DNA of 64,000 bases, taken from NCBI GenBank assembly GCA_963749155.1, contig CAVVLO010000003.1, forward strand, positions 615,773-679,772, given 5' to 3'. The notes under the pieces were generated by a model. The model had not been told where the DNA came from and did not search any database. It saw only the letters and a program-made list of their open reading frames with translations. The stretch's first letter is position 1; each line of letters opens with the position of its first letter. The position numbers were made by a program, and so were the translations under genes. This stretch comes from an uncultured Armatimonadia bacterium (GTDB lineage: Bacteria > Armatimonadota > Zipacnadia > CAVVLO01). Below, piece after piece: positions 46,313-57,289 of the stretch.

Positions 46313-46894
46313 ATGCTGATACTGGCAATCCAGACCAGCCCGAATTCAGATGGCCTGACTGCGACTATGGCCAAAGAAGTGATTGCAGGAGTCGAACTGG
46401 CCGGAGCCGATGCTCGCCTTATCGAACTGCGCAGCCTCGACCTGCATAGTTGCCTCGCCTGTGAAAATGGCTGGGGCCGCTGTGCCCGAGAGCAGAAATG
46501 TATTATCGAGGACGACTTCGAGCTTGTGCGCAAGCAGATGGGCCAGGCGGCGGGCATCGTTATAAGCACGCCTGTCTACTTCGGAGAAGTCAGCGAGATA
46601 ACCAAAAACTTCTTCGACCGCCTGCGCAGGTGCGAGCTGGGCCTCAGGGAGAATTCTCCACTGAGAGGCAAACCGGTGATTGGCATATCGGCTGCCGGCG
46701 GCTCCGGCGGCGGAGTAGTCACTGCGCTGGAGCAGCTCGAACGTTATTTCCGCGTACTGGCGATGCAGGTCTTCGACCTCATCACAGTGACACAGCTTTC
46801 GCGCGGTCACAAGTGCCTTATGGCAGAGCAGGCTGGCAAGGCATTGGTCAGGCATATCTGCCCGCCCGAGCCCAAGCTGGATCCAACCGAGTAG
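46313..46894 (+). CDS. Flavodoxin-fold NADPH-dependent FMN reductase / iron-sulfur flavoprotein
   Basis: SPN.DG.T, CLAC..C..C.IEDD, STPVYFG, K.FFDR. Confidence 0.9.
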   Translation: MLILAIQTSPNSDGLTATMAKEVIAGVELAGADARLIELRSLDLHSCLACENGWGRCAREQKCIIEDDFELVRKQMGQAAGIVISTPVYFGEVSEITKNFFDRLRRCELGLRENSPLRGKPVIGISAAGGSGGGVVTALEQLERYFRVLAMQVFDLITVTQLSRGHKCLMAEQAGKALVRHICPPEPKLDPTE

Positions 46895-46918
46895 CTCTGG
46901 AAGCGATATCACTGCAAC

Positions 46919-46953
46919 AAAAAGAGGCGCCCCTAAAGGCGCCTCTTTGCTTT
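46919..46953. terminator. Bidirectional intrinsic terminator
   Basis: AAAGAGGCGCC/GGCGCCTCTTT with A and T tails, between convergent genes. Confidence 0.82.
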
Positions 46954-46971
46954 CTGGAAAGTGGCTGGGGA

Positions 46972-48078
46972 TTACTTATGATCCAGCTCGCACAGTCGCT
47001 GGCGATAGTAAAGGTAATCCTCATACTTCACGTTGTCGGGCACCCCATGGTCGCAGGTCGGATAGTACCCGCCGCGCTCCACCATCGCAGGGATGATGTG
47101 TTGAAGGTGGGCTTCGATGGCTTCCTTCCCCGCCGCAAGCACGCGCTTGTCGATTCCGCCATACATCACCAGGTCGGGATACTGCCTGCCAATTTCAACT
47201 ACATCGCAGCCGCTGGCCACCTCGAAGGGACTCATCACGTCCATCCCCATCTCGTAGTAAAGCGGTATGGCCGGCCTCGCGTCCCCGTCGGTGTCCACCA
47301 TCACAAACAAGCGACGCTGCTGGCGCGCGCGGGCATTGTTCACAAGCTGCTGGTAATACGGCATCAGAAACTCGCGCACCATATCCGGTGACATCAGCAA
47401 GCCGTGGTTGTAACAGATATCCTCGCCGAATCCGAGCTGGTCCAGCTCGATGTAAGCCTGCACGTTGGCAAGGCCGAAATCGGACAGTTCGAGCCAGTTC
47501 TGCATCGCAGCGTGAAGGACTTCGGGCTGGTCATAGACCATATAAAGCAGGTCTTCCGGGCCAATCAGCGAGCGTAGATACATATAAGCGCCCACCACAC
47601 CCTGGGCGACCATCCCGCCGCACTCATCAGCCGCCTTGCGCGCGGCCAGGGCGTTGGCCTCGACCGAGTCGAAACGCCCGGTGGCATAAGGGTCAAGCCG
47701 CTCCGAGACGCTCTCCCAGCTTGCCATATCCCAGACAGGATGCTTCATATACTCCGGCATAAAGCCGTGTCGACGCCCTTTGAACACCTTGAGAACGCGC
47801 CCGGCATAATCCTGAACGAGCTCATAATCTCCGCAGTCCTCGACGACCTTGTCCTCCCAGGCCGGTATGAAGGGCGCCTCGCACCAGCCGAGGTTGCATC
47901 CCGTGCCGAAAAGTCCAGGTGGGTCATACTGGAAGAGGTTGGTCTGCGCCCAGTCGTCGGGCAGGCCTTGATCCTTCCACAGGTCCAGGGCCTCCTGCCA
48001 GATATAGAACTCCGCGCGGTAGAGATGATCTACTGGACGGAAGTTATAAGTCGCGCTCAGTATCTCTCCTCCGGTCAT
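46972..48078 (-). CDS. Second URO-D-fold protein
   Basis: GEDICY, LMSP.MVREFLMPYY, DTDGD, PFEVASG, GGIDK, GGY.P.CDH. Confidence 0.88.
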   Translation of the reverse strand: MTGGEILSATYNFRPVDHLYRAEFYIWQEALDLWKDQGLPDDWAQTNLFQYDPPGLFGTGCNLGWCEAPFIPAWEDKVVEDCGDYELVQDYAGRVLKVFKGRRHGFMPEYMKHPVWDMASWESVSERLDPYATGRFDSVEANALAARKAADECGGMVAQGVVGAYMYLRSLIGPEDLLYMVYDQPEVLHAAMQNWLELSDFGLANVQAYIELDQLGFGEDICYNHGLLMSPDMVREFLMPYYQQLVNNARARQQRRLFVMVDTDGDARPAIPLYYEMGMDVMSPFEVASGCDVVEIGRQYPDLVMYGGIDKRVLAAGKEAIEAHLQHIIPAMVERGGYYPTCDHGVPDNVKYEDYLYYRQRLCELDHK

Positions 48079-48095
48079 CGGTCGCCCTCCCTGGG

Positions 48096-49401
48096 TTAGT
48101 CTTTGAAAAGCGGTATCCAGTCGCCGTGTGCCTCGAGCAGGTCATCTACAAGCGAGTAGATCTCATCCAGCGATAGCACTGCCGCAGTGTGGGGATCCAG
48201 CATCGCCGCGTGGTAGGCAAAATCCTTGTTGTTGTCCAGCGCGGCGCGTACCGTCAGTTCCTGCACGTTGATGTTGGTGCGGTTGAGCGCGGCCAGATGC
48301 GGCGGCAGTGGCCCAACGTGGATTGGCTGGACGCCGTTTTTGTCTATCAGGCAGGGCACCTCGACGCAGCACCCCTCGGGCAGATTATCAATAAGCCCGT
48401 GGTTCAGGACGTTCCCGTTGAGCACGAAAGCCTCCCCTGTGTGGTGCGCCCGGATGATGCTTGAACAATATTCGTGCGAGCGCTGGGGATGCTCAAAGCC
48501 GATGCCCTCCTCGAGTTGCTTCTGCATTGCGGCCCAGCCGGCTTCCTGCGCGACACAGCGACGCGGATACTCGTCCAGCGGGATGTTGTACTGATCTATC
48601 AGATCTTCGCGCCCGCGCTTGATGTGCCACGGGCCATACTCGCTGAAGTGTTCGCTGCTCTCGGTGATGTAATACCCAATGCGCATCATCATATCGAGGC
48701 GCACCCGGTCCCAGTCGGGGTAATATTCACCGCTTTCGACCTTCTCGAAGATGCGCGGATAGAGGTCTTCTCCGTTGTGTTCGAGCTTCAGGTAGAAGGC
48801 CATATGGTTGATACCCGCGCAGACGAAGTTTGACCTCGGCGGGATTCACCCCGATAGCATGACAGAGGTGATGATAACTGCCCTGCACGCTGTGGCAGAG
48901 ACCAATAGTCTCGATGGTGGTGCCTTCGAGGAAGGCCCAGGTGTTCATCGCCATCGGATTTACATAGTTGAGGAACAAGACCTTGGGGCAGAGGTCTTCC
49001 ATTATGCGGCCGTATTCCAGCATCACAGGGATGGTGCGCAGCGCGCGCATAATACCGCCGATGCCAAGCGTGTCGGCGATGGTCTGGCGCAGGCCATACT
49101 TCTTGGGTATTTCGAAGTCGGTAATGGTGGCCGGGTCATACCCGCCGACCTGGATCATATTAACCGCGTAGTCAACTCCATCGAAGGCCTCGCGCGGATC
49201 AGTAGTCGCGATGATATGAGGCTCTTTGCCCCAGGCTTTGGCGATCTGATGCGCCATCTTCTCGCTTGTGGCGACGCGCTCGGGATTGATATCGAACAGC
49301 ACGAAGGTGCTGTCGGCAAGTTCGGGGTACGAATACGAGTCAGAGATAATGTTGCGCGCGAATACAGTGCTGCCCGCGCCAACCAGAGTAATCCTGGGCA
49401 T
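48096..49401 (-). CDS. melA: GH4 NAD-dependent alpha-galactosidase/alpha-glucosidase; apparent frameshift near 48820
   Basis: GAGSTVF, DFEIPKKYG, NYVNPMA, GLCHSVQ, AGINHM, TESSEHFSEY. Confidence 0.9.
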
Positions 49402-49466
49402 TGCCCTCACCTCGGAAGCCAGATTCTAAAACGCGCCAATTCTACACCAAGACGCCTCATAGCAAC

Positions 49467-49492
49467 AGGAGCCGGCGCGAAGGCCGGCTCCT
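49467..49492 (-). terminator. Hairpin after GH172 pair, possible terminator
   Basis: AGGAGCCGGC/GCCGGCTCCT; weak T tail on the minus strand. Confidence 0.5.
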
Positions 49493-49506
49493 TTCGAGGA
49501 ACTTGC

Positions 49507-50577
49507 CTAGCGCGCCCAGCGCAGATGCACAGGCAGCAGCTCGGGGAAGTCCGCGTGCGGCTCCCGCTGATACCAGTAGGCGACCGACGCGATGTCGTCC
49601 CTCAGCGGTTGGAACTTGCCGTTGGGCCACCACCCGAGCGCCTGGATGGTAACCTTAAGCTCTTCCTGAAACCGGATCGGGTCCATTATATGCCAGCGAT
49701 ACAGGTCATAAGCCGGCACCATATTGGGCACATGCCGGACTGCCGGCAGGCCGAGGAAAGGCGTGCTGAACTCGGTCTCGCGCGCCTCAGGCCCGTAGAA
49801 GCCCCAGGCGCCTCCGAAATAGTCCTCTGTCCCCGTTCCGCATATGGTCGGATATTCGTTATCGCCATCCATATAAAATTTAATCTCGCCCTCGCCCCAC
49901 CAGCCGTTGGAACACTGCAGCCAGGAGAGGAAAGTACCCACGTATTGGCCCTGACCTTTGATGCTGTCCACGATGGTGTAGTCGGGATTTTCCATATCGG
50001 TGACGGCGCGGCGCCACTGCGCGTGGAAGCGACCCGCCTCGTCCGGCACGTCGCACTCACAGTAGTTGACCTGGTGGTAGAAACCAAGTGGCCGGTCGCC
50101 CTGGTTCTCCAGTGTGATGTGAGCGCCCTCCTGGAAGGGCATCGGCCAGTAAGTATTGAACCCGCCGGTTGGGTTGCACACGATAGGCAGGCTATTTACC
50201 AGGTGGCGCGTCGTCATCCCCTGGCAGTAGAAATCGGCGATGGGCGTCTCGACGGAGGGCTTCTCCTCGCCGTCCCACCACATCCGCAGCACACAGTTGC
50301 GCATCGCGTACTCTTCGACTGCCATCCACATATGCTGGATGACGCCCGAGCCAGCGATATCAGCAAGCAGCAACTCCTCGCCAGGATTCAATATCCGGTA
50401 AGGGCGCACCTTCCAGCCCTTGCCCAGCATAGAACCCGCCTCGTTCGGCGCCGGCTCCTCCATCGCACCCTTGCCCGGCTCACCGGTCAGGTTCTCAGAG
50501 CTGATGGAACGCGTCTTCGCCTTCGACAGCAGCGGCAGCATCCCAAGGCCATTGATAAAGCCAGTCTGATTGGACAT
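49507..50577 (-). CDS. DUF2961 / GH172 glycoside hydrolase, copy 2
   Basis: TRSIS.EN..GE.GKG, WWGEGE, GTGTEDYFGG, YRWHI.DPIRF, SVAYWYQ. Confidence 0.92.
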   Translation of the reverse strand: MSNQTGFINGLGMLPLLSKAKTRSISSENLTGEPGKGAMEEPAPNEAGSMLGKGWKVRPYRILNPGEELLLADIAGSGVIQHMWMAVEEYAMRNCVLRMWWDGEEKPSVETPIADFYCQGMTTRHLVNSLPIVCNPTGGFNTYWPMPFQEGAHITLENQGDRPLGFYHQVNYCECDVPDEAGRFHAQWRRAVTDMENPDYTIVDSIKGQGQYVGTFLSWLQCSNGWWGEGEIKFYMDGDNEYPTICGTGTEDYFGGAWGFYGPEARETEFSTPFLGLPAVRHVPNMVPAYDLYRWHIMDPIRFQEELKVTIQALGWWPNGKFQPLRDDIASVAYWYQREPHADFPELLPVHLRWAR

Positions 50578-50590
50578 AGCTGATCCTCCT

Positions 50591-51664
<1,074 letters not shown>

Positions 51665-51709
51665 CTCTCTCCTCCGTTCAAGCGTGGACTAACTGCCAAG
51701 CGGAAGGAG

Positions 51710-51736
51710 ATTCGCGCTGGGAGGGAGGCTTCCTGC
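51710..51736 (-). promoter_or_regulatory. Sigma-H-like promoter of GH172 pair
   Basis: GCAGGA-N17-GAAT. Confidence 0.62.
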
Positions 51737-51750
51737 GGGAGACTGGAGAT

Positions 51751-52287
51751 TCAGGCCTTGAACCAGGGGCAATCTTCGTCGATGCACTCGCGGTTGGCGT
51801 CCACCTGGTCGCAGTCCTCGCGGAAGGAGGTCTCAAGGGGGTGTGGCAGCAGCTCGCTGGACAGCTCGCAGGCGACTTCGAGCGCGACGAGGCTGTCTCG
51901 GCGGCAGCAGCGGGCAGCGCGCAGGTCGGCCAGGCGCTTCAGAGCCTCTGCAACGACGGCCTGGCTGCGGCCCCGGGCTTCTCCGCGCATGGGAGTCGAA
52001 TCAAGCAGGGTGGCGTAGACGATGCCCATCGCGACGGCGGCCCCGCAGGCGCCCCAGAAGCCGCAGATGCCCCCTTTTAGCTCGGTGGCCTCGCTTACGG
52101 CTTTCTCGATGGCCTCGACGGACGGTTCTCCCCACTTCGCGCGATAGGCCATCAGGAAGGCGAGCGGCGCCATTACGTGGTGCAGAGGGCCATGCATCGG
52201 CGCGTCAAGCTCCTTGCGCAGGCGCAGGAAGACCTCGACTGGATCGGTGCCGGTATTACGCTCGATTAGCTCTCTGACCTGCTCCAA
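51751..52287 (-). CDS. DUF5714-like Cys-rich putative redox/metal-binding protein
   Basis: MHGP.HH, GGICGFWGACGAA, RCCRR, C..NREC....CP. Confidence 0.75.
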   Translation of the reverse strand: MEQVRELIERNTGTDPVEVFLRLRKELDAPMHGPLHHVMAPLAFLMAYRAKWGEPSVEAIEKAVSEATELKGGICGFWGACGAAVAMGIVYATLLDSTPMRGEARGRSQAVVAEALKRLADLRAARCCRRDSLVALEVACELSSELLPHPLETSFREDCDQVDANRECIDEDCPWFKA

Positions 52288-52397
52288 CTGCCCCTCCGGA
52301 TGGGCCTGTTCGATGTGGAGAGATGATAACCGGCCGAGAGAGAAGGGGCAAGGTGGGGGCTGAGGAACAAATCCGGCCGCATCGCGACCGAACTAGT

Positions 52398-52599
52398 GGG
52401 GGTGTGGGGGTACTACCCCCACGCCTTTCAGATCAGGCGCTTCGCTTAGCTTTACTTTCAAATCGGCGGGCGCAAGCCCGCCCTGACTTTTGCCTAAAGG
52501 GTGCAGGGGTAGAACCCCTGCACCATCGATAAAAAGAACGATGGGGCAAGAGTGCTAGCGATGAGAAGAACGATGGTGCAAGGGTTCTACCCTTGCACC
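52398..52599. repeat. Cluster of REP-like palindromes
   Basis: GGTGCAGGGG-TAGAA-CCCCTGCACC (52500-52524), inverted copy 52575-52599, variant 52398-52422. Confidence 0.75.
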
Positions 52600-52653
52600 T
52601 GACAAAAGGGCCAAACACACCTCCCTACGAGTCTCGAGAAGCTCGCTCCGCCC

Positions 52654-53746
52654 TTACTTCAACTGCTCCGCCGAGAAGACCAGCCTCTCGTCCGTGCCGT
52701 CCGAGCGCACTGTCCAGAGCTTCTTTCCCGTTGCGGGTGAACACGATCAGATCCTGAGGCGTCCAGGCCATCCCTCCGGCAAGCTGCCCCACCTTCCGCG
52801 CGACGGTCTTCCGCTTGCCAGATTGCAAGTTATATACCACCAGGTCGCGACTCTTCCCTCTGCTGCGCACATAGCAGAAAGCACTCCCATCGGGTGCCCA
52901 TTCGGGATGACTCACTTGAGAGGGGTGCTGCTCCAGATTCTGCTGAGGTATCTGGTTGGTAAAATCCACAACCGCAAGACGCACTTTCGAGAGTTGTGTA
53001 TAAACTGCCACAAGGTGGGTCCCGTCTGGCGAAAGGCTGAAGCTCGAGAGCTGTTCGCCCAGATAGAGTGGGGGGAGCATCTCAACAGGAGCCACGGAAG
53101 CGATGCCTACATAGGGTCCTCGACCTATCTCCTGCATTGCCAGGAAGACCAGGCGCTTGCTGTCGGCACTCCACTGCACGTTATCGCCGCTCCGAACCCC
53201 CACTTTCGGTTGTGCCACGAGGACATCCGGCTTGCCCTCCATCGAAGCAACCCTCAGATCTGGTGTAGTGTGGCCTTTCTCGTAACGCTGGTATGCGAGC
53301 CAGCGACCATCGGGACTTGGGACGGGCTCGAGCGGGGAGGTGTGAGACAGGGGTAGCGGGCTGGGCCCCGCCCCAGAAAGAGGCAGCCTGAGAAGGCCGT
53401 AATAGTGCCCAACCACCCCTGCGCAGATGAGTCCGCTGCTATCTGCCAACCAGGCGAGTGCGCTCCCACCCCCGGACGGCGTCAGGGGCTTGGGCAGTAG
53501 ACAACGTGCCTGGCCAGTCTCTAGTGAGATGACCCACAGGCTCGAAACTGGTTGCTGAGTCCCCTGCCATACAGTCTTATACACGGCGACTTGCTGGCCA
53601 TCGGGGGCAACAATCACCGCGGACAGGTAGACCATCGGGCTGCTTTCAGTCGGTTGCGGCGCTTCTTTTCGACCGCACCCCACCAGCGCTCCCACGAGGA
53701 GCACGGCGAGCAGGCAGTAGGCTGTTCCCCTAATTGCGGCGCTCAT
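52654..53746 (-). CDS. TolB/PD40-like beta-propeller lipoprotein; apparent frameshift near 52725
   Basis: Lipobox LVGC; repeated SPDG/WSADS/WAPDG; C-terminal LWTVRSDGTDER in shifted frame. Confidence 0.85.
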
Positions 53747-54783
53747 CTAGCTCTCCTCCGGGGCTGGTTGCGAGAGCGCCTGACCGCAGGTCAGGCCTTC
53801 AGTGCCAAAACCGGCCCAGCTACTCCCGTTCAGCCAGCACCGCCCGCAGGCCGGTCATCGTTGCCAGTCTGTGTCCGTCGCGCCAGTCTGTGATGAAGGC
53901 CAGCATATCCCCATCACTCGAGCCACTCATCCCGTTCAGGTCCGCAAGCGCGTGAACCTTCGTCCTTATTGTCGTCGCGCCGTCCAGTCGTCGCACGCAT
54001 ATCTGCTGCTTCTCATCTATCCAGGCTACAGCTCGGTTACCAAGAAACGTCACACACCTGCCGCGCGCGTCTCTGAGCCAAGTCAGCTCCGGGTTCTGTA
54101 GGGCGATGTAACCGATGCCCAGTTCCTCGTGGGACACAGCAAGGAGGCTGCCATCGTGAGACCAGGCCAACACCAGGGGATACGAAGGCTGCACGGCCGC
54201 CAGCTTCCTGAGGTCGCTTCCACCGACAGGCAGCAGGACAAGGTACTGGGGCTGATCGCGCTTCGCCGGGCCATAGATCCCCGCTAGCCATCGTCCGTCG
54301 GGAGAGGGCAACATCAGGCTCGCAGCCCAGCCGGAGATGACACCCAACGAGGGCAGGCTTGGGCCTGGCTCCCAGTTCTGGTAGACCAAGGTCTGACGGC
54401 CGGACTGGAGGTCCACGCCTACCTTCCGCACGGGCTCTCCTCTCGGCAGCCATGCCCAGAGGGTAGTGCTGCTGCAGCTAGCGGAGACAGGGACCAGCTC
54501 GATCCCGATCGTGCCTGGGACATCGCGTGACTGGCCGGTCCTCGTGTCAAGCACGGCTAGCCCATGACCGAAGAGTTCGTGGAAGTCCTTTGGGAGCTTC
54601 GAGTAGGCTACCAGGCCCTCCCCCATTGCAACTGGGCAGCACACCTCTACCGGGTAGACCTGCACCTTCCAGGTCGCCTTTCGCCCGCACCCCGCCAGCG
54701 CTCCCACGAGGAGCACGGCGAGAAGGCAGTAGGCTGTTCCCCTAATTGCGGCGCTCATCTAGCTCTCCTCCGGGGCTGGTTGC
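53667..54783 (-). repeat. About 105-bp direct repeat (RBS plus lipoprotein signal): 53667-53771 and 54679-54783
   Basis: 3 mismatches by eye. Confidence 0.92.
53820..54758 (-). CDS. TolB-like beta-propeller lipoprotein
   Basis: Lipobox LAGC; PSPDGRWLA, WSHDG. Confidence 0.8.
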   Translation of the reverse strand: MSAAIRGTAYCLLAVLLVGALAGCGRKATWKVQVYPVEVCCPVAMGEGLVAYSKLPKDFHELFGHGLAVLDTRTGQSRDVPGTIGIELVPVSASCSSTTLWAWLPRGEPVRKVGVDLQSGRQTLVYQNWEPGPSLPSLGVISGWAASLMLPSPDGRWLAGIYGPAKRDQPQYLVLLPVGGSDLRKLAAVQPSYPLVLAWSHDGSLLAVSHEELGIGYIALQNPELTWLRDARGRCVTFLGNRAVAWIDEKQQICVRRLDGATTIRTKVHALADLNGMSGSSDGDMLAFITDWRDGHRLATMTGLRAVLAERE

Positions 54784-54794
54784 TTACCAGAACC

Positions 54795-54842
54795 ATTATA
54801 CCCCGTCGCCGCGAGGCAGGTTTATGGTGGATCCTGTCGAAG
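54795..54842. promoter_or_regulatory. Divergent promoters
   Basis: Minus TATAAT (54795-54800); plus GCAGGT-N17-GAAG (54816-54842). Confidence 0.5.
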
Positions 54843-54890
54843 AAACCAGCCAGCAACACCATTCCGGCATCAGAGGGAGTAGTGAGGCGT

Positions 54891-55856
54891 GTGAGCATCC
54901 AGGAGATCACCGCGCAGCAGTTGGACCCAGAAGAATTCGTAGCGACCCAGGTGGCGGCTATCCGGGCCGCAGTGGGCGATGGGCTAGCAATAAATGCGCT
55001 CTCCGGTGGCGTGGATTCGTCCGTTGTGACGATGATTGGGCACCGGGCTCTCGGCGACCGCCTCAAGACCTATTTCATAGATAACGCCCTGATGCGCGAG
55101 GGAGAGCCTCAGCACATCGTGGAGCTGTTCGCAGCACTCGGCGTACGCGTCGAGTTGACAGACGCTCGGGAGAAGTTCCTCAGCGCCCTCAAGGGCGTTA
55201 CCGACCCCGAGGAGAAACGCGAGGCCGTCACCCAGACCTTCTACAAAGACGTCTTCGGCGAATTGGTCAGAGCCAGTGGCGCGCGTCACCTGCTGCAGGG
55301 GACTATCCTGACCGATGTAGACGAGACGGTCGCCGGTATCAAGCGCCAGCACAATGTGTTCGCGCAGCTTGGAATAGATCCCGAAGAAGCCTTCGGCTAT
55401 ACGATCCTCGAGCCCCTCGTCCAGCTTCGTAAAGACGGCGTGCGCAAGGTGGCCGAGGCGGTTGGGCTGCCGGAGTCCGTCTACAACAGGATGCCCTTCC
55501 CCGGTCCGGCTCTTGCCGCTCGTATCGTCGGAGAAGCCACTGCCGATCGGCTGGATTTGGTCCGGAAGGCTACCAGCATCACCGAGGCAGAACTTGCCGG
55601 CGTGAAGGCCTTCCAGTATATGACCATCTTGCACGAGGACCGCGTGACTGGGATGCGCGATGGCCAGCGCGACTTCGGCCTGCAACTGGAGGTCCGCTGC
55701 TGGGACAGCCTCGATGCCCGCACCGCAAGACCAACTCGCCTGCCGTGGGAGACTCTTGAAGGGCTGGCCGCGCGCCTGACCAGCGAGGTGCCCGGCGTGG
55801 TCAGCGTGACCTACAACATCACCACCAAGCCGCCCTCGACGATGGAAGTCGTCTGA
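54891..55856 (+). CDS. Stand-alone GMP synthase ATP-pyrophosphatase (subunit B-like) protein
   Basis: ALSGGVDSS, GVTDPEEKR, LLQGTI..D..E, IKRQHNV, PFPGP.LA.R, YNITTKPPSTME; no glutaminase domain. Confidence 0.88.
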   Translation: MSIQEITAQQLDPEEFVATQVAAIRAAVGDGLAINALSGGVDSSVVTMIGHRALGDRLKTYFIDNALMREGEPQHIVELFAALGVRVELTDAREKFLSALKGVTDPEEKREAVTQTFYKDVFGELVRASGARHLLQGTILTDVDETVAGIKRQHNVFAQLGIDPEEAFGYTILEPLVQLRKDGVRKVAEAVGLPESVYNRMPFPGPALAARIVGEATADRLDLVRKATSITEAELAGVKAFQYMTILHEDRVTGMRDGQRDFGLQLEVRCWDSLDARTARPTRLPWETLEGLAARLTSEVPGVVSVTYNITTKPPSTMEVV

Positions 55857-55871
55857 GGCAGAGCCAGATTA

Positions 55872-55953
55872 CAAGGGGTAGATCTCCCCTGCACTCCAGC
55901 TTTCGGTTGGCGGGCCAGGCCAAACCGGGGGTGCAGGGGGAGATTCCCCCTGC
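55872..55953. repeat. Inverted pair of REP-like palindromes
   Basis: GGGGGTGCAGGGGG-AGATT-CCCCCTGC (55927-55953) and inverted variant 55872-55897. Confidence 0.75.
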
Positions 55954-56001
55954 GGTGGTTCTCCCCCGACAGCTCTTTCCAGGCCCAGGGCTTGTCTGCC
56001 C

Positions 56002-57289
56002 CTAATTCAGCCTGCTGATATCAATGCCGCCGAAGACAAAGTAATCAGGATTCTGATGCACAAAGTCGGCATACAAGAGGTCCAGAAATACTGACTGGAC
56101 ACGCATCCCAGTATGGGTGTCCACCGGTGTTACCGAGCTCTGATTCGGCGCATTTACGGTAAGTATGGCAACAAAACCGGGAGGATTGGTAGCCAGAGTC
56201 AGAGGTAAAACCCGGGAGGTCTGGCTCCAGGTCTCAAAGGCTCGCAGTTGGAAGGAGAAAAGCGTCTTGCGCCATTCGCCAAGGTGGTCTGCAGTGAAAA
56301 GTCCCGCAGAATCAGCCAGCCGGAATCTGAGGACATAGGTGCCAGGACCAGGGGGAAGCTCTAGTACGGCACTCAGCAGCGTAAAGTCACTTTGATCGTA
56401 AGCAGAAACATTCAGCCTGGCCAGTCCCATTGCCTGTTCCTTCACAAATCCTGGCCCCTGCGCCACTATGACCTTCCGCGAATATATGGTGGCGATTGAA
56501 TACTGATGCTCGCCAAGCACATAACTGGGAGGTTCTGACCAGAGGCGCAGTCTGAAGCCGGATTTCCAGTCGATTTCGGCTGCGGATTCGGGCACTTTCG
56601 GAGCCCGCACGTGGACGGCGTCGTCGCTTGGCGGTGGAGGCGTCTGGTCTATCGGACCGGAAAGTGGCACTGTAGCGCCTGTCGGGCCTGGCTTTCAGCA
56701 GGGCCAGAGTAGCCTCAAGATTGATTGGCATCGTCAGCTTTGCCATCAGCTCGGGCACAATCGGTCCAGGCAGCGGCATTGGAGTCGCCCCAGCCAAAAG
56801 AGTGCCCGGTTCGAGCATCTGAACCACCAGCGTGGGCGACTCAGGGCCGGGCAGTTGGATGGGCGTAGCCGGGGCTACGACAGGGGCAATTACCAGGCCG
56901 GGCTGGAACCCTCCCTGAAGCTGCCCTACCGACGTAACCGGTAGTTGGCCAGCTGCGCTTACCTTCAGGGTGTATTTCACGCCCTTCCTGGCCTGGAAGC
57001 TGAGACTGGCTGGGTTGCCCTCCTGCACAAGAGGACCCAACCCCTCACCTGTGAGGCTTAGCCTGAGTCCCACTACAGAGCCCCAGGACGCAGCAAAAGT
57101 GTAGGGATTGTCTTCGGCTGCGGTAAATTCGTAAGTGAAGGCTGGCCCACCCGGCTCCAGGGTGAACTCACGAAGCATCACAAGATTTGCCTGGGCGGTC
57201 TGACCAACAACACTTTGAGGCAGAGACAGCAGGGCAAAGAGGCACAGCAGGAAGACCAAATACACTGAGGTAAGTCCGAGTCGCTTCAT
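56002..57289 (-). CDS. Secreted hypothetical protein, paralog A; apparent frameshift near 56670
   Basis: Signal peptide, beta-sandwich, Pro-rich linker; the two ORF halves align with 57403..58701. Confidence 0.82.

Noticed and set aside
48808..50583. 591-aa plus-strand ORF (likewise 15445..17187 minus and other long shadow ORFs)
   Set aside because: Antisense to well-supported genes; expected in GC-rich DNA
52398..52599. CRISPR array
   Set aside because: Copies are inverted, irregularly spaced and few; no cas genes
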